From the human T2T-CHM13v2.0 reference genome, Homo sapiens, in NCBI RefSeq assembly GCF_009914755.1, contig NC_060941.1: a stretch of 64,000 nucleotides of DNA. The stretch is one strand, 5' to 3'. Of this stretch, positions 31,370 to 45,610 are shown in pieces. The notes under the pieces are model-generated. The model worked only from the letters and a program-made list of their open reading frames with translations, made no database searches and was not told where the DNA came from. Each line of letters opens with the position of its first letter. Position 1 is the stretch's first letter. A program made the translations under genes and the position numbers.

Positions 31370-32850
31370 CTTGCTCAAGTGCACATCAAATGTTTGGTAA
31401 GATTATATTATATGCTGGGCTATAAAACAAATCTTAATATGTTTTAAAAGAGTAAAATCAAATAGAGATTGTCCTTTTACCAAAGTGGCATTAAAATTTG
31501 AATCAATAACTGGACAATGTCTGAAAAATCCTCAAATAATTCAAAATTAAATGACTTACCAGGGGATAACCCATGGATTAAGTAGGAAACAAGGAAAATT
31601 GTGAAATATTTTGAGTAAATAAAAATGAAAACAATATGGGAAAATCTGTAGGAAGCAGCTGAGAAAAATATAAAATTTAAATGACTATATTGGAGTGAAG
31701 AAAAAAAATCAATGATGTGTGATTTCACCTTAAAAAGGTAGTGGTGATCATTTAAAAGTCAGGAAACAACAGGTGCTGGAGTGGATGTGGAGAAATAGGA
31801 ACACTTTTACACTGCTGGTGGGACTGTAAACTAGTTCAACCATTGTGGAAGACAGTGTGGTGATTACTCAGGGATCTAGAGCTAGAAATACCATTTGACC
31901 CAGCCATTCCATTACTGGGTATATACCCAAAGGAATATAAATCATGCTGCTATAAAGACACATGCACATGTATGTTTATTGTGGCACTACTCACAATAGC
32001 AAAGACTTGGAACCAACCCAAATGTTCAACAATGATAGACCAGATTAAGAAAATGTGGCACATATACACCATGGAATACTATGCAGCCATAAAAAATGAT
32101 GAGTTCATGTCCTTTGTAGGGACATGGATGAAGCTGGAAACCATCATTCTGAGCAAACTATCACAAGGACAAAAAAACAAACACCGTATGTCCTCACTCA
32201 TAGGTGGGAATTGGACAATGAGAACACTTGGACACAGTAAGGGGAACATCACACACCGGGGCCTGTTGTGGGGTAGGGGGAGGGGGAAGGGATAGAATTA
32301 GGAGATATACCTATGTAAATGACGAGTTAATGGGTGCAGCACACCAACATGGCACATGTATACATATGTAACAAACCTGCACATTGTGCACATGTACCCT
32401 AGAACTTAAAGTGTAATAAAAATATATATATATAAAAGAAAAGCTAAATTAAACCCAAAAGAAGTAGAAAAAAAGTATTTAGTAAAATATGTGTGGAAAT
32501 AAAAAATAGAAAATGGGCAAAAATATAGAAAATTGAAAAAATCAAAATTTTTCTTTGAAATGTTTCATAGATTGATAAAACCTAGTAAGACTGATTAAGA
32601 AAAAAACAAACTACCAATCTCAGGAATGAAAGACAGGACATCATCACAGTTTCCACAAACATTACAAGAATAATAAGGGGAAGGGTTACTATATGAAAAA
32701 TTTTGTGTGAGTAAGTTTAGCAACTTAGATGAAATGAATAAAAATTCCCTGGGTAATACAACTTTGCCAAAACTAACATTAGAAGAAAAATTTAAAAATC
32801 TGAATGACATATCTATTTAAGAAACTGAATTAAAACTTTAACATTTTCAC
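31370..32850 (+). mobile_element. Old L1M ORF2 remnant (host of younger L1s; continues 35904-36950)
   Basis: Degenerate endonuclease/linker sequence (atgctgggctataaaacaaatcttaat, aaattaaacccaaaa, caacttagatgaaatgaataaa) interrupted at 31741-32435. Confidence 0.75.
31741..32435 (+). mobile_element. 5'-truncated L1PA5-like element nested in L1M
   Basis: ORF2 tail (ORF 31972-32295), 3'UTR aacatcacacaccggggcctgttgtgggg...ccctagaacttaaag, AT tail. Confidence 0.92.
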
Positions 32851-32867
32851 AAAGAAAATGTCAAAGA

Positions 32868-35800
32868 TTTGTTCTTTGTGCTTAGGATTGTCTTGGCTAT
32901 ACAGGCTCTTTTTGCTTCCATATAAAATTTAAAATATTTTTTTCTAATTCTGTGAAGAAACTCAGTGGTAGCTTGATGGGAATAGCATGGAATCTACAAA
33001 TTACTTTGAGCAGTATGGTGATTTTCATTATATTGATACTTCCTATCCATGAGCATGGAAGGTTTTTCCATTTGTTTGTGTCCTCTCTTATTTCCTTGAG
33101 CAGTGGTTTGTAGTTCTCCATGAAAAGGTCCTGCACATCCCTTGTAAGTTGGATTCCTAGGTATTTTATTCTCTCTGTAGCAATTGTGAATGGGACTTTG
33201 CTCATGATTTGGCTGTTTGTCTATTAATGGTGTATAGGAATGCTTGTGATTTTTGCATATTGATTTTGTATCCTGAGACTTTGCTGAAGTTGCTTATCAG
33301 TTTAAGGAGTTTTTGGGCTGAGATGATGGAGTTTTCTAAATATACAATCATGTCATCTGCAAACAGAGGTAATTTGACTTCCTCTCTTCCTATTTGAATA
33401 CCTTTATTTCTTTCTCTTGCCCGATTGCTCTGGCCAGAACTTCCAATACTATGTTGAATAGGAGTGATGAGAGAGGGCATCCTTGTCTTGTTCTGGTTTT
33501 CAGTGGAATGCTTCCAGCTTTTGTTTATTCAGTATGATATTGGCTGTGGGTTTGTCATAAATAGGTCTTATTATTTTGAGATATGTTCTATCAATACGTA
33601 GCTTATTGAGTGTTCTTCAGCATGAAGTGGTGTTGAATTTTATTAAAGGCCTTTTCTGCATCTATTGAGATAATCATGGGGTTTTTGTCATTGGTTCTGT
33701 TTATGTGATGGATTACATTTATCAATTTGCATATGTTGAACCAGCCTTGCATCCCAGGGATGAAGCAGATTTGATCATGGTGGATAAGCTTTTTGATGTG
33801 CTGCTGGATTCGGTTTGCCAGTATTTTATTGAGGATTTTTGCATCGACGTTCATCAGGGATATTGGCCTGAAATTTTCTTTTTTGTTGTGTCTCTGCCAG
33901 GTTTGGTATCAGGATGATGATAGCCACATAAAATGGGTTAGGGAGGAGTCTCTCTTTTTCTATTGTTTGGAATTGTTTCAGAAGGAATGGTAAAAGCTTC
34001 TCTTTGTACTTCTGATAGAATTCGGCTGTGAATCCATCGAGTCCTGAGCTTTTTTTGGTTGGTAGGCTATTAATTACTGCCTCAATTTCAGAACTTGTTA
34101 TTGGTCTATTCAGGGATTTGACTTCTTCCTGGTGTAGTTTTGGGAGGGTATATGTGTCCAGGAATTTATCTATTTCTTCTAGATTTTCTAGTTTATCTGC
34201 ATAGAGATGTTTATAGTATTCTCTGATGGTAGTGAGTATTTCTATGGGATCAGTTTTTATTTTTCATTTTTTATCATTTTTTATCACTTATCATTTTTTA
34301 TTGTGTCTATTTGATTCTTCTCTCTTTTCTTTTTTATTAGTTTGGCTAGCAGTCTATCTAGTTGTTAACTTTTTTAAAAAAAAAACAGCTCCTGGATTCA
34401 TTGATTTTTGAAGGGTTTTTCGTGTCTCTATCTCTTTCAGTTCTGCTCTGATCTTATGCTACCTGACTTCAAACTATACTACAAGACTACAGTAACCAAA
34501 ACAGCATGGTAATGGTACCAAAACACATATGTAGACCAATGGAACAGAACAGAGGCCTCAGAAATAACAACACACATCTACAACCATCTGATCTTTGACA
34601 AACCTGACAAAAACAAGCAATGAGGAATGGATTCCCTATTTAATAAATGGTGTTGAGAAAACTGTGTAGCCATATGCAGAAAACTGAAACTGGGCCTCTT
34701 CCTTACACCTTATACAAAAATTAACTCAAGATGGATTAAAGATTTAAATGTAAGACCTAAAATTATAAAAATCCTAGAAGAAAACCTTGGCAATACCATT
34801 CAGGACATAGGCATGGGCAAAGACTTCATGTCTAAAAACCAAAAGCAATAGCAACAAAAGCCAAAATTGACAAATGGGATCTAATTAAACTAAGGAGTTC
34901 TGCACAGCAAAAGAAACTATCATCAGCCTGAACAGGCAACCTACAGAATAGGAGAAAATTTTTCACAGTCTAGCCATCTGACAAAGGGCTAATATCCAGA
35001 ATCTACAAGAAAACAAGAAACTTAAACAAATTTACAAGAAAAAAACATAACCCCATCAAAAAGTAGGCAAAGAATAAGAACAGACACTTTTCAAAAGAAG
35101 ACATTTATGTGGCCAAAAAACATATGAAAAGAAGCTCATCACAGGTCATTAGAGAAATGCCAATCAAAACCACAATGAGATACCATCTCATGCCAGTTAG
35201 AATGGCGATATTAAAAAGTCAGGAAACAACAGATGCAGGAGAGGATGTGGAGAAATAGGAATGCTTTAAGACTGTTGGTGAGAGTGTAAATTAGTCCAAC
35301 CATTGTGGAAGACAGTATGGTGATTCCTCAAGGATCTAGAACCAGAAATGTCATTTGACCCAGCAATCCCATTACTGGACATATACCCAAAGGATTATAA
35401 ATCATTCTATAATAAAGACACATGCACACATGTTTATTGCAGCACTTTTCACAGTAGCAAAGACTTGGAATCAACCCAAATGCCCATCAATGTTAGACTG
35501 AATAAAGAAAATGTAGCAAATATACACCATTGAATACTATGCAGCCATAAAAAAGGATGAGTTCCTGTCCTTTATAGGGACATGGATGAAGCTGGAAACC
35601 ATCATCCTCAGCAAACTAACACAGGGACAGAATACCAGACACCACATGTTCTCACTCATAAGTGGGAGTTGAACAATGAGAACATATGGGCACAGGGAGG
35701 GGAACATCACACACTGGGGCCTGTTAGGGGGTGGGGAGCAAGGGGAGGGATAGCATTAGGAGACATACCTAATGTAGATGATGGGTTGATGGGTGAAGCA

Positions 35801-35880
35801 AACCACCATGGCAAGTGTATACCTATGTAAAAAACCTGCACATTATGCACATATAACCCATAACTTAAAGTGTAATAAAA
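32868..35880 (+). mobile_element. L1PA7/8-like element with 5' inversion (32868-34456 antisense, 34456-35880 sense)
   Basis: Antisense RT segment (LFADD in ORF 33480-33202) joined to a sense C-terminus/3'UTR; flanking repeat aaagaaaatgt[c/t]aaagatttgtt at 32851-32873 and 35881-35903. Confidence 0.93.
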
Positions 35881-35903
35881 AAAGAAAATGTTAAAGATTT
35901 GTT

Positions 35904-36950
35904 TTCAAAGTTTATATGTTAATGCAAGACCCTAAAATAGACCTCTTTTCCACCACCAACAAAAAACTTAAAAAAAAATTGTATTTTTTATACTATCTGA
36001 TTTCGAGATTCTCTATAACAGTAATCAAGGCCATTTGGATTGTCAAAACCATACACATTTAAATCAAAAGAATAGAGTGGAAGGTCTAAAAATGAACTCA
36101 CACATATATGTAAAAATAGAAATGTGCCATAGCAATTCAATGTGTAATGCAAAGTGTTCTTAACAAATGGTTGAGGTGGACACAGAGTAATCAGATACAA
36201 AGGAACAAATGGATATCTCCAAAGATAAAATGAAACTCAAAACCTACTTTATGCTATATAATAAAATTTATTTTAGGTGTAATGCATACATACTCATGAA
36301 AGCATAATCTATCAAACTTTTCAAATAACACATGAAAGAATATCTTCACAACCTTGAAAGGCCCATTTTTCTTTTTTTTGGAAAAGATACAGAAAAGACA
36401 GAACATGAAAATATTGATGAACTGAACTTCAAAATTAAAAACCTCTGCACATCAGGAAAACAAGTAAGGAAACAACTGGATGAAAATATTCACAACTTAT
36501 ATATTTGACTAAGGACTTCAAGCCATGATATATAAAGAAGTACTATAACTCATTCATAAAAAAAACTTGATTAAAAATAGCAAGATTTGAAAGAACACTT
36601 CACAAAGAAAGATGTTCCAGTGTTTAATGGGCACCTGAAAAAGTGCTCAACACCAGTAATCAGGTAAATGTAAACTGAAACCAATAATATCCCACTATAT
36701 ACTCACTATATATCCACATTGTTGGTGCAGCTGTAAAATGGCACAACTGCCTCAGAAAACTGCTATACTGCTTAGCTGTTTTTAAAACATTTATTCTATG
36801 ATTCAGCAATTCCATTCCAAGGAAGATAAAATCATATGTCTGCTAAAGACTTGTGCACACATATTCACAGCATCTTTATTCACAGTCGTCAAAGACTGCA
36901 AACAACGCAAATGTCCAACAGTAAGAGACATCAACAGGAATATGTCATTT
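35904..36950 (+). mobile_element. Old L1M (L1ME-like) ORF2/3' remnant
   Basis: Degenerate aactgaacttcaaaattaaaaacctctgc, gaacacttcacaaagaaagat, tatgattcagcaattccattcc. Confidence 0.7.
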
Positions 36951-36964
36951 CCTGCATCAACAAT

Positions 36965-37070
36965 ACCTTCACTCAGAATTCCAAAATGGGTTTCCAAAGT
37001 TGGGCATTTCTGATAAGTTTCCAGGTGATACTGATGCTATTAGTACATAGACCACAGCAGAGAACCACTG
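36965..37070. mobile_element. MER5A-like hAT fragment
   Basis: gcatttctgataagtttccaggtgatactgatgct...agaccacagcagagaaccactg. Confidence 0.65.
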
Positions 37071-37394
37071 ATGTAGATTGTAAGCACCAGGCTGCAGGGA
37101 TCCCATCTGTCTTACCTACTGCTGATTCCCATCAGCTATACAAGGCACAGAGTGGCCACCACTCAGGATAAACAAAAAAGCAAGCTGGTATATTTATGTA
37201 TTTCCATATTACTTAGCAATAAAAATAAAGTAACTACTAATACATTATACAAACAAACCTTTTCATATGGCCTTTTAAAACCCAGTTCTACATTGCTTAT
37301 CTTTACCTCTGGTTTTAGCCTTCTTATGCCTGCCTCCTCTTTAGTCACTAAGCCCCGGCACCAACATCTTCCTTTTGGTTACTCATAAGACTCA

Positions 37395-38570
<1,176 letters not shown>

Positions 38571-38637
38571 ACTTGATCGAAAGATGAATGAGAATTTTTG
38601 TAGCATGGAACATGTTCTTCCCTATATCAAGAATGCT

Positions 38638-38981
38638 GGCTGGGTACAGTGGCTCAAGTCTGTAATCCCAGCACTTTGGGAGGCCGAGGTGGGAGTATAC
38701 TCAAGCTCAGGAGTTCAAGACCAGCCTGTGCAACAAAGCAAGACCCGACCCTGTCTCCACAAAAATAAATAAATAAATAAACAAATAAATAAATAAATAT
38801 TCAGCCAGGTGTGGTGGCACACACCTGTAATCCCAGCTACTTAGGAGGCTAAAGTGGGAGGATTGCTTGAGCCCGGCAGGTCAAGGCTACAGTGAGCTGT
38901 GATCGTGCCACTGCGCTCTAGCCTTCACAACAGAGTGAAACTTGTCTCGAAACAAACAAACGAAACAAAAACACACACACA
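38638..38981 (+). mobile_element. AluJ-type SINE
   Basis: gggaggattgcttgagccc...caaggctacagtgagctgtgatcgtgccactgc (J-type); (AAAT)n middle tract; TSD aagaatgc at 38629-38636 and 38982-38989. Confidence 0.92.
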
Positions 38982-39379
38982 AAGAATGCCTTCACTCTTC
39001 CTCATTCACTCACCCTTCTACCACTTCTAATCTTCCTCAAAGCCTACTCTATTTTCCTTGATATATTATTATCATAATTTCCAAAGGATGAAATATTGTA
39101 TCAGTAAAATCTTCTTATATGTATACCTACCACATAGATCCTACCATTAACACTTTATTATGCTTGCTTTATTACATATATATTATTATCCATTCTTCTA
39201 TTTAATGGCCCACTTTTATTCTAACAGTTCTTCAGGGGCACTTGCTCTGAATCCCCAGAGAGGCAAAGACTTCACATCCTGTCCTCATACTCTCTCTTAC
39301 AATTTCTCAACTTTCTGTTACACCACTTGATGTAATTATCATAAACAACTTTGTTTAATATTTGTCTTCTCTGGTAGAG

Positions 39380-39560
39380 CAGTGTGATTCTCAAAATTGA
39401 GCTTGCTTTAAAATCATGGGAAGGCTGGCTAAAACATAGATTACTCAACCCCACCTTCAAAATTTCTGATATAGCAGATCTTGGATGGGGTCCAAAATTT
39501 TGCACATCTGACAAGGTCTCAGATGATGCTGATGCTTCTGGTCCATGAGCACCATGCTGC
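39380..39560. mobile_element. MER5A-like hAT DNA transposon
   Basis: ttctcaaaattgagc...tttctgatatagcagatcttggatggggtcc...gatgatgctgatgcttctggtcc. Confidence 0.75.
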
Positions 39561-42500
39561 AGGGGTCATGTCTGTTGGTCTTACTACTGAGTCCTATCAG
39601 CTGTCGTAAACACAGAGAAGGCACTCAGGATATAATATAGATTTATTGAATGAATGAACCAATGTTTATGTGTGTGTGTGCATGTTTGTGTGTGTATCCT
39701 TTTCATGTAATATAACATAGGTATTCCTTATAGCTATCGCTGTCAATGAATAGGTTCATCAATCTGTGTATCTTGTTTATGTATCTTCCTCTATTGTTAT
39801 ATACTTAAATTGTTCCCAGTTAATCCCGTTATATTTGATACTGTTTCCAAACAGGCCTTGATTTTTCACGGGAATTTCTTCACATCATAATTAACAAAGG
39901 ATAGGTACACGATCTTATTTTTTTTTTATTTTCCTTATGGTCCCAGATTATAAAACTCAGCATGTTATTTTCAGCTTAAATGAAGTAGGAATTATGATTT
40001 GCAAAGGCTCCTTTCTTAAGGGAGTGGAGAAAAAAAATCAGCATACTTTAATTGTGAGATAATATTTGTGTGAAGTTTTCCGTGCAGGTGTGAAGGTGGG
40101 AGGTAATGCAACAGAACTGGCCTGGAGCTGTCAATATGCCATTATCATAACCGTGAAGCACCTGGTTCTAAATGACCAATGTCCAAAAGGGTTCTACAGT
40201 AAACAAGGAGTTGCCTGGCCCCACCCATGAATTCTTCAGATAAAGGATTCCAAAGCAGTCCTGGAGGTGAACAGGACTTTTAAAATCTGCTTATGTTATG
40301 GTTCCTTGGCTTCAGTATGAAAATTAAAAGGCAACCTTTTAATAACTTCTTTGACTTTCTATAGTTATTTATACCATATTCAAATGATGGAAATTTTCCC
40401 AAATGATTTTTATTTCCTCTGCATTGGAACCAGGGAACAAAATCAGCACAGGTGCCATTCTGATGTCCTATTGGATATTGGAAGCTGTGTTCCTCATTGT
40501 AAAGCACTTATGAACCTATTTACAATGTTCTGTATTCAACACAAGATAAAGTTAAGTAGATGGCAAAACATTCATCTAGTCTTAAATTTATCCAACCTCC
40601 TTTTACTGAATGTCTACCTTGTTCCAGGTATTGTGAGAACACAAGTTACAGGAAGCACTATCTTTCCTCAAGGAACTTAAGAGTCTAACAGGGAATGGAG
40701 TTATTAATCTCAGTGCAATGTGATGTAGTCTTTAGGTAAAATAGGCATTGGTCTTGCTGGGGAAAGACAAGCATTTAAATGAGACTGAAACATCAGGGGA
40801 GGCACTTAACTGAGTTTTGAAGGGAAAGTAGTTTTAGTATGAGAAGGGTGGTGAAAGCCATTGCAAGTGAAGAATAGCATCTAGGTCCAAAACGGAATAA
40901 AGCATTCCAAAGATTAAGAATGTTTCAATGGAGTTAACATGAGATTGCTTGTACAAGACAGTTCAGAAATTATTAAACAGATTGGCCAAGGTCAGATCAG
41001 GAATGGCGGAGAAACTTACCAGCCAGGTCTGGCCTCTGCCTCTTCAGCCTCATTTCATTACTTCCTCTTTGTTCTCTGTGTTACAGGCCCTCTGGCCTTC
41101 AATTATTCCTCCCAAATCTCAAGTTTCCCTCTCCCTCTGGACCTTTACACATTGCCTGGGATGTTCTTTCATGCATTGCTCTTCATCGCTCTTCCTCCTT
41201 CTCCATCAGATCTGGGTTTCAATTGTACTTTCTCAGGAAAGACCTCTCTGATCCTACAGAAGAAGTCAGTCTCTAGCTTGCATCCCTTCTGTTCGCTATA
41301 TTCTTCTGGCATAGCCTGTATCATGTTTGATATCTAGGAACATGATCATTTTCACACTATTCCATAAGCTCAAGCAGGGAAGAGAACATATCTGTTTTCC
41401 TCAATATTGGTTCCTGTTTTAAGCAGAATTTCTTGCATATAGCGGGTGCTTAGCAAATATGAGAGGAAACAATATTTGTTCCATATTGATAAGCCATGCT
41501 ATATGCATGTGTGTGGGTGTATACACAATTTTTTTACTTAATCCTTCCCCAAACTCTTTGAGGTAGGTAATATATATTTTTCTGTTTTACAGCTAAAATA
41601 ACTTGGGTTAATGGAAGTTAATTTTCTTAAAGTTGCAGCATGACCTCATGCCATTATATGTTGTATGTGTTTCTCTTTCTGTCAATCCCATGACCACTAA
41701 ATGCTACCCAGAAGTAAAGCAGTAATTTTTGTCATCTGAGTTCTCAATTCCTCTGTGAGTTTTTAAAATTTCTACTTGCAAGCAAGAAAGTCTAGGCCAT
41801 TTTATTGTCGGTTTCCATTTAGCTATGTAGATTCTTCTAATACATCACTAACATTGTTGACTTCTCTATTTCCCCTGTCTGTGTATACTGTGAGGTTCTG
41901 GAAAACGAGACTTTTTTCCTGTTCACTGTATTACTACTCTCAAGTACCTGGTGTGCAATGGGTACTTAAGTTAGTGCTGAAGTGGCTTGTATGAGATAGT
42001 TTAGAAATTATCACACGGTTGTCCAAGATCAGATTGTGAACTGCAGAGAAACTCATTCACTTAGTGTGTCACCTACCCACCTTTACATTTAAGTTAAATA
42101 GCTAAGTTATATTGTTCAGTCCCAAGTGTATGTATTGAGTACTTGCTATGTGGTAGGCACTATTCTAGACTCCAGGGATACAGCAGTGAGTAATACCAGT
42201 GAAGTCCAAGATGCTATTACCATGGAGCTTATGCTCTACTGGGAGTTCTAGTAGAGCCAGCCTTTCGATTTAGCAAGTCTTTTACAGACTGTTGCTCTAT
42301 GCCACCTCTCTAATACAGCCTATAAAAAAAATACATATTTTTTCTCTAATGATCACATTTAGCCTTATTCAAGCCTCAGGCATTGCTCTTTCCCTGAGAG
42401 AATTCTTACCAGTTTGTAACATGACCCAAATTTTCTTGCCATTTTCAAAAGAAACTATTGCTTTCATTTTCATCCCCTCCATCATTGCGTTACTATTTTT

Positions 42501-43299
42501 AAAAGTTTTGTCTCTTCCAACAGCAATTAGCATATCCCCCTGTAGTTCAACCAAACATCTCAGCTTTGGAGGAATTAAGTACTGAGTTTTTCAAGAAACC
42601 CAGGAAAGAAGGAAGGGAGAGTGAGAGACAGTGACTTTGGAGAGAACAGGGTTGAGGAAATGTTTTATTTTGAATTTTTTAAGGTAGTAGATATTTCAAC
42701 ATGTTTGTAGGATCAAGGGAAGAAGCCAATGAAGGAGGCTTGAAATATCCAACAGACAGAATAATTGATGGAGCAATGCTTTAGAGGAGAAAAAGTTGCA
42801 AACATAGGTGGGGGTACCATTGAGATTTTAGAAAGAAAATGTCAATATCTTCTTTCGGAGAGGCAAAAAAGAAAAAGAAAACAAAAGTTAAAAGAATGCA
42901 CACATTTCAGACCAGAGGGAATGTGATTCAGAAACTATGTTCTATAGTTATTCTCCCAAAGAAATTGTAGGCAAGGTCTTCTGATGAGGGGATGGGGGAG
43001 GGGTGAGAGGAGAATTGATAACTGAATAAAATGAAAAATATTTAGAAGAATCATAGTGAAAAGCCGAAGGAGGAAACCAAGGTTTTGTAAAAGAGTTTCC
43101 AGACATAATTAAAGACCCAACCAGGACAGAAGTTATATGATGTTATGTATCTTGAGAACAAATCCTGTGGGTAAGACTATACCCTTCAGCTTCCACCCTC
43201 CTCAAAACTGTTTTTATTTTATTCATTTATTTATTTTGTATGATTTCCTTCAGTCTACCACTCTTCATGGAATCCTTTTGGAAATAAAATTTGTTTACC

Positions 43300-43949
43300 A
43301 CAACGCACCTTAACACCTACATAGCTGGGATCAGGAAGGAACTAGCAAGGGGGTAAAACTGGGACTAAGAGGACTAATTTTGATTGCCCTTAGCTTGGCC
43401 CTTAGGAGGATGTGAAATTCAGACATTTACCCCATCCTAACAGAACCATAGTCTCAGACATAGTTCAGATAATCCCCAAATTTGTTTATCACAATTTAAT
43501 AAAGAATTAAATTTTATATGCCCAGTAGGCAAATAGACAAAATCTTGGCCATTTCTTTGTTTTCTTTCTTCTTCAAAATGCTTATTTGCAGATAAATATT
43601 ACATCTTAACTTAGGAGGAAGAAATTCAGGCCTTTGTTACTCAAATTCCATAGTTTAGCTGATTTTTCTAAATATTCTCTTAATAATAAATTAGAGACTA
43701 CATCTTTGCAGGTAGCACATTTACAAGTCATTGTCTTCATGATCTTGACCAGCTCCAAGTAATGTCAAGAACAATGCACCTTATCACCCAGGCAACTGGG
43801 ATCAGGAAGAAACTTGCAAGGGGATAAAATTGGGACTATGAGGACTAATTTTGATTATCCTTAGCTTGGCCCTTAGGAGGATGTGGAATTCAGACATTTA
43901 CCCCATCCTAACAGAACCATAGTCTCAGACTTAGTTCAGATAATTCCCA
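43300..43949. repeat. Non-tandem 179-bp direct duplication (43300-43478 / 43771-43949)
   Basis: Ungapped, 17 mismatches by eye (~90%); offset 471 bp. Confidence 0.93.
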
Positions 43950-43972
43950 GTGCCAACAGAGTCCAAGACAGC

Positions 43973-44472
43973 TGTCTTAGTCTGCACAGGCTGTACCGTA
44001 GTTCAAATATTTGTGTCCCTCCAAATTCATGTTGAAACCTAATCATCATTGTGGTAGTGTTACGAGGTAAAGTCTTTAGGAAGTGGTTAGTCCATGAGGG
44101 TGGAGCTCTCACGGATGTGATTTGTGCCCTCATAGAAGAGGCTTGAGGGAGCCTTCTGCCCTTTCCACCATATGAAGCTGTAATGGCAAAGTGCCATCTT
44201 TAAAGCAGAGAGCAGGCTTTCACCAGATACTGAAGCTGCTGGCACCTTGATTTGTACCTCCAGCCTCCAGAGCTATAAGCAAGAAATTTCTGTTGCTATA
44301 AGTTGCCCAGCCTAAGATATTTTGTTATAGAAGCCCCAACAGATTAAGATAGGCTGCCATAACAAAATACCATGGACTAAGTGGTTTAAACAACATAAAT
44401 TTATTTCCTCTTAGTTCTAGGGACTGAAAGCCCAAGATCAAGTTGCGTGCATGAAAAGAGAGAGAGGGAGGA

Positions 44473-44517
<45 letters not shown>

Positions 44518-44728
44518 GAAAGCGAGAAAGCAAGGGAGAGAGAGGGCTAGGCCTCTGGTTTCTTTTCTTATAAGGATATTAATCCTGTGGAACCAGGGTC
44601 CCATCCTTATGACCTCAATTTACCTTCACTACTTATTTAGCAGTTTCATGTCCAAATACAGCCACACTGGAGGGTAGGGCTACAACATATGTATTTAATA
44701 TGGACATAAACATTTAGGCCATAATACT
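43973..44728 (-). mobile_element. MLT1-family LTR interrupted by a second LTR and a (GA)n tract
   Basis: tgtcttagtctgcacaggctg | ccataacaaaataccatggact...acatttaggccataata; GA repeat at ~44457-44545. Confidence 0.8.
43994..44351 (+). mobile_element. MLT1A/MST-like solo LTR nested in the opposite-strand LTR, 5-bp TSD
   Basis: atttgtgtccctccaaattcatgttgaaacctaatc...agattaagata; TSD ggctg at 43989-43993 and 44352-44356. Confidence 0.85.
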
Positions 44729-45394
44729 AGCCAAGAGGGCAAAGCAAGAATTCCCACCCAAAACAGTCATAAGCATAAATAACATATTATCACTGTGATT
44801 TAAGGCCATTAATAAATCCACTGCTAACTAGATTCTAGTTGGTCCTGAGGTCTATGTGGAAATTGTTAAGATGTACAGAGAATATCATGACCTATGTCAG
44901 AGTTGTGACTCTTCCAACAGAAAATAACACGTGTCAGTAGAAGATCATGAGAATTTCATCAGACACAACTAACTCCATGCTGGTGAGACAGGGATTACTG
45001 AAACAGCACTCCTGGGATTAGGATTGACTGTGGACCTGGATAGGTTTCACCCACAGGTGTATTTCATTAATCACTTTAACTGGAAGGAGGGTCTAGATAC
45101 TATCTATAGCTATTCACTCATTGTGGCTTTGTTGCTTTCTTTAGTGTAAGAAAATGTGTAAGAAAACGTGGGGGAAAAGGTGGGAAGATTAGGAATTGAG
45201 TCAGTAGGCGTAAAATCATACAACCAGCTAATGATAGAAGTGAGACTAAGACGAAAGTCTCTAGACTTCCAAGTTTCATACTTCTTCTGCTCTATTCCAC
45301 TTTTACTTTGAAGAGGGGTTGCCATTGTCTGGACAAAAATCCTAACTCTCCTTTATGTCTCTAAAATACTTTTGGGGGCTTAGAGTGTGAAAGT

Positions 45395-45610
45395 TCTGCA
45401 ATGATAATAATAGGAGCACACCGTCTTGAGAACTTATTATGTGCCACGCACTTCCAATGTATGATATCATTTAATTCTCTAAACAACTCTGGGTAGTGGG
45501 CACTATTAATATTTTCATTTTCTAGATGAAAAACAAAAAGGTTTGGAGGAGAATTAGATGTCACACCTGAGAAGTCGTAAATCCAAGGTTCAAATCTAGC
45601 TTGACTGAGT
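45395..45610 (-). mobile_element. MIR fragment
   Basis: atcatttaattctctaaacaactct...attttctagatgaaaaacaaaaggtttggagg. Confidence 0.65.

Noticed and set aside
31731-32446. TSD for the L1PA5-like insertion (aaaaggta / aaaagcta)
   Set aside because: Short, imperfect and A-rich; both could be native host L1M sequence, so neither a TSD nor an endonuclease-independent insertion can be claimed.
40076-40275. Possible exon after a ttttccgtgcag acceptor
   Set aside because: The frame I translated gives no recognisable protein and ends in a stop; no supporting neighbouring exons.
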